The position numbers were made by a program, and so were the translations under genes. The notes under the pieces were generated by a model. It was not told where the DNA came from and made no database searches. It saw nothing but the letters and a program-made list of their open reading frames with translations. From an uncultured Candidatus Binatia bacterium (GTDB lineage Bacteria > Desulfobacterota > Binatia > Bin18): a stretch of 64,000 nt of DNA. The stretch is taken from positions 2,752,001 to 2,816,000 of the forward strand of contig OZ243961.1 of NCBI GenBank assembly GCA_965214605.1, given 5' to 3'. Of the stretch, positions 58,005-64,000 are shown one piece after another. Each line of letters opens with the position of its first letter. Within the stretch, counting starts at the first letter, position 1.

Positions 58005-58187
58005 TGCTCCCTCCTAATCATGGGCATCTACCAGGCCGATACTCCCATCATTGCCGTTCTGGTGGGCCGATACAATCCTACCGGGCTGGGAATGGAGTTG
58101 GAGTGTCCCCTTTTCCAAACAACAGAGAGTGTGGTAGCCTTGAGCAACTCTAGACTTCACGTCCTATTTGTTTAAGGAGGAATCCGC

Positions 58188-58526
58188 ATGGCTACGCAAT
58201 ATTATTTTCGGGTCGCCGATGAAGCTATTGAGGTGCAAACCGGTACGCACGCTTCCCCCAATATCACGATTTCCATGAAGGAGAGTGATTATCTTGATAT
58301 GATAAACGGGAAATTGAACGGGCAGATGGCCTTTATGAGCGGCAAGCTCAAAATCACAGGCAATATGGGGCTAGCAATGCGGCTGCAAGGGCTGTTTAAG
58401 GCCCGCGGCTCGGATGATGCCGAGGTGACCTCGGTCCAAGAGGTTATTGACGGTTCGGCCGATAACTTCAACAAATCGGCCGCCAAAGGTCTCGACGCGG
58501 TCTTTCAGTTTGATCTGAGCGACTGA
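58188..58526 (+). CDS. SCP2 sterol/lipid-binding domain protein (apparently permuted)
   Basis: [26 protein letters not shown]; TAAGGAGG RBS. Confidence 0.8.
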   Translation: MATQYYFRVADEAIEVQTGTHASPNITISMKESDYLDMINGKLNGQMAFMSGKLKITGNMGLAMRLQGLFKARGSDDAEVTSVQEVIDGSADNFNKSAAKGLDAVFQFDLSD

Positions 58527-58574
58527 GTCGCTGCCCTCCCTCTCTCGCTTCACGGGTCTTTCCCAAGCTCCCAC

Positions 58575-59771
58575 ATGCCGACCCACACCTTCATTGGCCT
58601 AATGTCCGGCACCTCGCACGACGGGATTGACGCCGCGCTCGTCGATATCACCTTTGCCCACAAACGTTTTCAGACTCGCCAGCGGGCGTTTCGCGCTTTT
58701 CCGTACACGCGCCCTGTGCGTGAGCGTTTATTGCGGCTCAGTCAGGGGGCTGCGGTTCAGGCTGGTGAGGTCGCTCAGGTCAATGTGCTGCTAGGCGAGC
58801 TGTTTGCCAAAGCCGCGCTCAGGCTGTGTCAGGCAGCCCAGGTCTCTTGTGACCGCGTGGTGGCGATTGGTTCACACGGGCATACGATCTACCATCAACC
58901 CCGTCAGCGACCAGGACCGGGCTCCACCCTGCAAATCGGTGAGCCGGCCGTTATTGCCGCCCGGACAGGTATCACCACGGTGGCCGATTTTCGACCCGCC
59001 GATGTGGCGATGGGCGGAGAGGGCGCCCCTCTCGCCCCCTATGTCCATTACCTCTTGTTTCACCAGCCCCAGCGCTCGGTCGCTGTCCACAATATCGGCG
59101 GAATCGCCAACCTGAGCTATTTGCCTGCCCATGCTGGGCTCGACGGCGTCCTCGCCTTTGATACCGGTCCCGGTAATATGGTCATTGACGGAGTGGTACA
59201 GGCGGTCAGCGGGGGAAAAAGGCTCTACGATAAAGAGGGGCGTATGGCTCGCCGCGGCAGGGTCCACAAGCCCTTATTGGCCGAACTCTTGCGCCATCCG
59301 TATTTTCGACGTCGACCGCCCAAATCAACCGGCCGCGAGGAGTTTGGTGCGTCGTATATCCGAGACTTCCTCAGCCGGGCGTCGCGCCTAGAGGCCGAGG
59401 ATCAGGTTGCCACAGCCACAGCCTTGACGGTCGAAAGCATGGCGCGCGCCTACCGTACCTTTGTGTGCCGCCGGGGTGCGCTCGATGAGATTGTGCTGAC
59501 CGGCGGTGGGAGCCTCAACCCGGTGCTCGGTGAGTGGTTGGCCGAGGCACTGCCGCACATCCGGGTACGGACCTTGGAAAAACTCGGATTTGAAAGCCAG
59601 GCTCTTGAGGCGCTGGCCTTCGCGGTGCTGGCCTATGCAACGCTCCATGGCCTCCCGGCGAATGTGCGTGGCGCAACCGGCGCTCGGGCCCAGGTCGTGC
59701 TCGGCAAAGTGGTACCGGGACGCAACTATCGCACAACCCGGATCACAGAGCCTCATGGCGAAGGAGGATAA
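58575..59771 (+). CDS. anmK: Anhydro-N-acetylmuramic acid kinase
   Basis: GLMSGTSxDG, GSHG, DFR, GGEGAPL, NIGGIAN, FDTGPGN, KSTGREEF. Confidence 0.93.
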   Translation: MPTHTFIGLMSGTSHDGIDAALVDITFAHKRFQTRQRAFRAFPYTRPVRERLLRLSQGAAVQAGEVAQVNVLLGELFAKAALRLCQAAQVSCDRVVAIGSHGHTIYHQPRQRPGPGSTLQIGEPAVIAARTGITTVADFRPADVAMGGEGAPLAPYVHYLLFHQPQRSVAVHNIGGIANLSYLPAHAGLDGVLAFDTGPGNMVIDGVVQAVSGGKRLYDKEGRMARRGRVHKPLLAELLRHPYFRRRPPKSTGREEFGASYIRDFLSRASRLEAEDQVATATALTVESMARAYRTFVCRRGALDEIVLTGGGSLNPVLGEWLAEALPHIRVRTLEKLGFESQALEALAFAVLAYATLHGLPANVRGATGARAQVVLGKVVPGRNYRTTRITEPHGEGG

Positions 59772-59775
59772 TCAC

Positions 59776-60900
59776 ATGCCGAAACGTGTGGTCGTTATTC
59801 CCGGTGATGACGCCGCCCCAGAGGCGATGGCACCAACGCTTGATATCCTAAAAAGTCTGGCCCTGGACATAGAGTTTACTGAATTTCCAAGTGGGCAAGA
59901 AGGAGTCGAACAGTACGGGTCGCGAAGAGACTTTCACCAGGCCTTATGCAAAGCGATTGATCAATCCGACACAACCCTGTTTGGCTCAACAAACGGCACG
60001 ACCGGTGGGATTAGCTATCTGCGCTGGGGTAAGCAGACCTATGCCAACGTGCGCCCGACCCGTTGGCTGCCCGGTTTCCGGAGCCCGTTGAAACAGCCCG
60101 AGGGCATAGACCTGGTCATTGTGCGTGAAAACCTCGAAGACCTGTATATGGGGATTGAGGGCGACCTTGGAGTACTGTCAGCTCTGCCTGAGACGAGTGT
60201 GACGAGCTATTTGACGAAAAAACCTTTGGATACGACGCTCACCGGTAAATTCGCCATCAAGGTAATCACCGTCCAAGCGACCCAACGGGTCGTCCGCTTT
60301 GCGTGTGAGCTGGCCCGCAAGCGTAAGGTTCGTGGCGGTCGTGGCCTGGTCACCTGTACGAGCAAGTATAATATGCTGCGTACCAGCGACGGCTTATTTC
60401 GACAGGTTGCTGAAGAGACAGTCAGAGAATACCCCGATATTGAGTATAACCAGTACATTGTCGATGACTTTGCCCACCGTCTAGTGATAGACCCAGGTCA
60501 ATTTGATGTGGTGGTGATGCCGAATCTGTACGGGGACTTGCTCTCAGACGCGGCTTCCGGAACGATTGGCGGTCTTGGTTTAGCACCCAGCGGCTGTTAC
60601 GGTCAGGACTACGCCTATTTTGAGTCCGCCCATGGCACGGCCCCAGATATTGCTGGCCGCAATATTATTAATCCGACGGCAACCTTACTGTCGGCCGCGC
60701 TGATGATGGAATATCTCGGCTGGCAGGACGCGGCGACCTCTCTTGAGGCGGCTCTCGCCCGCGTCTATGCCGAGGGCACGGTTCTCACTCCCGATCAGGG
60801 TGGCTCGTCCTCGACCACCGACTTCTGTCGTGCGGTCAAAGACTATGTTCTTGATCGCGCGAGACACCTCAACGGGGCGTCTCGCGAAAAACACCGGTGA
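59776..60900 (+). CDS. Isocitrate/isopropylmalate dehydrogenase family
   Basis: YANVRP, VRENLEDLY, PNLYGDLLSD, FESAHGTAPDIAG. Confidence 0.9.
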   Translation: MPKRVVVIPGDDAAPEAMAPTLDILKSLALDIEFTEFPSGQEGVEQYGSRRDFHQALCKAIDQSDTTLFGSTNGTTGGISYLRWGKQTYANVRPTRWLPGFRSPLKQPEGIDLVIVRENLEDLYMGIEGDLGVLSALPETSVTSYLTKKPLDTTLTGKFAIKVITVQATQRVVRFACELARKRKVRGGRGLVTCTSKYNMLRTSDGLFRQVAEETVREYPDIEYNQYIVDDFAHRLVIDPGQFDVVVMPNLYGDLLSDAASGTIGGLGLAPSGCYGQDYAYFESAHGTAPDIAGRNIINPTATLLSAALMMEYLGWQDAATSLEAALARVYAEGTVLTPDQGGSSSTTDFCRAVKDYVLDRARHLNGASREKHR

Positions 60901-60991
60901 GAGTCTACTGAGAGTCTACGGTTTCACAAGCGGTCCCCCCGTCAAAGAGGTCTGAGGGTAGGAACGGCGCAGAGAGACGAGGCGTCACCCT

Positions 60992-61153
60992 CTACTGTAC
61001 GCTGTTGAGTTTGCTGCGGCCTCGTTTGATGACAATAACGTCTTGCCCGTTTACGCGTAGGGTACGACGGTCGGCAGAGGCTTGGGACGACGCTTTGCGG
61101 GCGCGGTCTTCACGCCATTTTTTCAGCTGCTTTTCTAGGTTTTTCTGACTCAC
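60992..61153 (-). CDS. 53-aa basic small protein (not in ORF track)
   Basis: GAGGAGG-atat-GTG; MSQKNLEKQLKKWREDRARKASSQASADRRTLRVNGQDVIVIKRGRSKLNSVQ*. Confidence 0.6.
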   Translation of the reverse strand: MSQKNLEKQLKKWREDRARKASSQASADRRTLRVNGQDVIVIKRGRSKLNSVQ

Positions 61154-61185
61154 ATATCCTCCTCTCAACTGTTCTCGTGTCAGGC

Positions 61186-62940
61186 TTAGCTGTCGATAAA
61201 TGCCTCGAGGCTTTTCGCCCGGGTCGGATTGCGTAATTTCCGCAGCGCCTTGGCCTCAATCTGACGGATGCGTTCGCGGGTGACGGCGAAGCGTTGGCCG
61301 ACTTCTTCTAGCGTATAATCGGTTCTTTCGTCGATACCGAAGCGCATGCGCAGAATCTGCTCTTCACGGGGGGTGAGCGTGGCGAGCACTTTGCGGGTTT
61401 GCTCTTCGAGACTCAGCGCCATTGCGGCATCGGCCGGAGATAAGGTTTGGCGATCCTCGACGAAATCGCCCAGCGAGCTCTCTTCGTCATCGCCGATCGG
61501 GGTTTCTAGGGACACGGGTTCTTTGACAATCTTGAGGACCTTCCGGACCCTGTCGGCTGGCACTTCCATCTGGGCGGCGATCTCCTCGGGGGAGGGTTCG
61601 CGCCCGAGCTGTTGGACAAGATAACGCGAGGTGCGGAGCACTTTGTTGATCGTTTCGATCATATGGACGGGAATGCGGATCGTTCGGGCTTGGTCGGCAA
61701 TCGCGCGACTGACCGACTGGCGAATCCACCACGTGGCATAGGTCGAGAATTTGTATCCACGTTGATACTCGAATTTTTCCACCGCTCGCATCAGGCCAAT
61801 ATTCCCTTCTTGGATGAGGTCCAAGAAGCCGAGACCACGGTTGACGTAGCGTTTTGCAATACTGACAACGAGACGGAGATTGGCCTCAATTAAACATCGT
61901 TTGCCTTCTTTGGCCTGGGCTTCGCCGCGAGTGATGCTTGACAGCGAGCTGAGCAAGTCCTCGGTGTTAATACCTAGACGGGCTTCAATTTTTTGGAGGT
62001 CCCGGCGCCTGGCGCAGATCTCCTTATCGGCTTTTTGGATTTTCTGGATCTGGGTTTTGCTCAGCTGCCCGGACCGTCCGCCGCCCACCCGCTGCGCCCC
62101 GGATCTCAGCCCCCGGGCCAGAGCAACGATCTCGGAGGCTTTGCGATGGACAATTTCTTCCTGAAAACGGATCGCCCGCTGGCACTCTTTTATTTGATCG
62201 CCCACCTCTTTGAAAGCGTTGACAAGGCGATTAATCTGGTCTTGACCAAGGGAAACGCCTTCTAGGACGAGCCGTGTTTTTGCTTTTATATCAAGCGCTT
62301 TTTGGATCGTCCTTTGCCGTTCTTGGGCGGACAGACGCCCACGCTTGTGCTCAAGCTTCTCTAGTTCCCCGGCGATCCGTCTCAGAGACCGCATCTTGCC
62401 GAGAAACAGCTCAGTCCGGTGGTCTTCTCTGTCGGGTGCCTCGCCGTCGTCGTCGTCGCCAAAGATAAAGCGGGGCTCGATTTCTTCTTGTTTGAGCTTA
62501 TCGCCTAAGGAAAGGACGTAGCGCAGGGCTAGGGGCGACGAAAAAACTTCCTGTTTGATGCGTTTTTCGCCGGCCTCAATTTCTTTGGCAATCGTCACCT
62601 CTTCTTCACGGCTCAACAGTGGGATATTCCCCATCTCCTGGAGATACATGCGAACCGGGTCGGAGGTGTCTGTGATTTGTGGCTCTTCGACTGTAACCGT
62701 CTCTTCCTCCCAATCGCCCTCTCCACGTTTGGGAATATCGATGCTGATATTATTCTCGTCGTCGAGCACGGTGGGCGCTTCAACGTCTATTTCCTCGAGA
62801 ATGGACATCACGCTGTCAATGTCTTCTGCTGGTGCGGCTTTTGAAGCAGCAAGGACAGATTTGTCTGTCGAGGGGCGCGCGATTTTTTCGTTTGAGGCGG
62901 GAGGCGGCTTTTTCCTGTTGGTTTCTTTGCGTTTTTCCAT
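61186..62940 (-). CDS. rpoD: RpoD-like sigma70 factor
   Basis: [58 protein letters not shown]. Confidence 0.85.
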   Translation of the reverse strand: MEKRKETNRKKPPPASNEKIARPSTDKSVLAASKAAPAEDIDSVMSILEEIDVEAPTVLDDENNISIDIPKRGEGDWEEETVTVEEPQITDTSDPVRMYLQEMGNIPLLSREEEVTIAKEIEAGEKRIKQEVFSSPLALRYVLSLGDKLKQEEIEPRFIFGDDDDGEAPDREDHRTELFLGKMRSLRRIAGELEKLEHKRGRLSAQERQRTIQKALDIKAKTRLVLEGVSLGQDQINRLVNAFKEVGDQIKECQRAIRFQEEIVHRKASEIVALARGLRSGAQRVGGGRSGQLSKTQIQKIQKADKEICARRRDLQKIEARLGINTEDLLSSLSSITRGEAQAKEGKRCLIEANLRLVVSIAKRYVNRGLGFLDLIQEGNIGLMRAVEKFEYQRGYKFSTYATWWIRQSVSRAIADQARTIRIPVHMIETINKVLRTSRYLVQQLGREPSPEEIAAQMEVPADRVRKVLKIVKEPVSLETPIGDDEESSLGDFVEDRQTLSPADAAMALSLEEQTRKVLATLTPREEQILRMRFGIDERTDYTLEEVGQRFAVTRERIRQIEAKALRKLRNPTRAKSLEAFIDS

Positions 62941-63143
62941 AGGATCCCGATACCTCCTCTGTATGTGAACTGGTGTGTGTGAACTGACGGCACAGTTCAA
63001 GCGAAGGGCTCCGATGTGAGTCCGGGTGAAGACGGGGGAACAGAACGTCCCCCTGGAATATTTTTGCCTAAGCTGTACAAATTTGTTTAGGAAGGCTGCC
63101 CAGCCAGGCTCTACATCCTAAGTCTGAGGCGTAAAGTTTACCT

Positions 63144-63173
63144 ATCCTATAGAATGCCTAGCCAAGAAGTCAA
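63144..63173 (-). promoter_or_regulatory. Sigma70-like promoter upstream of the rpoD-like gene
   Basis: TTGACT, 18 nt, TAGGAT. Confidence 0.4.
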
Positions 63174-63246
63174 GAGAGAAATCAAGACACCGGTCAACAT
63201 AACAATCCTTACAATCCTTGGTCCAGCATGATGAGGAGAACTCGAC

Positions 63247-64000
63247 TTATGGCCGTGGGATCATGCCGACGGTTCGGGCCGCCCCAATAGCGGTGGCATA
63301 CTCAGCATGGGGAGGGATATTCAAGTCCACCCCACGCCGTGGGGTCAGGGCTGCTATCCGTTTTTTGAACGCCTCTAAGCGGACCAGTTTTCCGGTAAAC
63401 ACGATGTGTTTATGGTGATGGGTCTGCGCCGCGAACATGCTCAGGGTAAAGGTAATCCAGGCGACCATATTGATTAGGCCCAGCGCCTTGTCGGCTTGAG
63501 TCGGATCGGTCCGGAGTTTCCCAAAGTGGCTGGCGACGGCTTTGGCCGGGACAATACCGACCGGTCCACCTGCAATGTCACCGACGGTCAGATCAACCTC
63601 TGACAAATCTCCCTGGGCGGCCAGCTCCTCAAGCGTATCCAGCTGGGTGATCCCGAGAAAATGGCGTGCCAGACCGCGCAGCGTGCCTCCCCCAATGCCG
63701 GTGCCGCCCAGGTGCCGGATCTGGTCCTTGCGAACAGAGACCAGAGCGGTGCCGGTGCCAAGGGAAACGACCAGAGCGTCCGACTTTCCTGCCAAGCTGC
63801 TTCCGCCCACCCCAATCGCGGTGATTTCTGGAACCTTCACTATCGGCACCCCAAAGATCTCGTCCGCCAACTGGTGGCTCCCCCCGCCGCTGGCGGCAAT
63901 TGCCTGGATGTCGGACAGGGTCCGCCCGGCGCTATGCAACAGCTTGCTTAAAGCCCCGGCCGCCGCTGCCAGTGGGTCGTTGGTTTCTATCGTTTGAACT
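63247..64000 (-). CDS. Type II pantothenate kinase (5' end outside window)
   Basis: VSLGTG, GGTGIGGGT, VDLTVGDI, ASHFGK, YATAIGA. Confidence 0.8.
   Translation of the reverse strand, partial: VQTIETNDPLAAAAGALSKLLHSAGRTLSDIQAIAASGGGSHQLADEIFGVPIVKVPEITAIGVGGSSLAGKSDALVVSLGTGTALVSVRKDQIRHLGGTGIGGGTLRGLARHFLGITQLDTLEELAAQGDLSEVDLTVGDIAGGPVGIVPAKAVASHFGKLRTDPTQADKALGLINMVAWITFTLSMFAAQTHHHKHIVFTGKLVRLEAFKKRIAALTPRRGVDLNIPPHAEYATAIGAARTVGMIPRP

Overview
GC-rich bacterial chromosome segment. Gene order (site-2 protease-scpA-scpB-rluB, carD-ispD) and gene content suggest a Deltaproteobacteria/Binatia-like organism; this is inference only. (1) 1-14.8 kb is an accessory stretch downstream of an initiator tRNA-Met. 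It holds a two-gene Druantia type III-like defence system (STY4851-family protein plus a ~2,080-aa DEAH/DUF1998 helicase), a MaoC pair, an HMG-CoA lyase-family gene, a GNAT and a frameshifted ADP-ribosylglycohydrolase homologue. (2) 18-39 kb is a phosphorus super-cluster (ppx-ppk1, mgtE, phnA, phoX, OprO/P porin, pstSCAB-phoU-phoB-phoR). It has visible Pho boxes, a candidate anti-SD sRNA and a collapsed gapdh-arsJ remnant. (3) 39-64 kb is mostly housekeeping (rlmE, ilvE, proS, ispD, carD, anmK, rpoD-like, type II pantothenate kinase). Best candidate for an uncharacterised system: a PadR-led operon with two ExbB/ExbD-type motor pairs, a TonB-like (SxxxH-anchored) protein ending in a vWA domain, and an exported TPR protein. 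Also noted: an apparently circularly permuted SCP2 and unannotated small ORFs. All calls come from reading motifs by eye; no searches were run.
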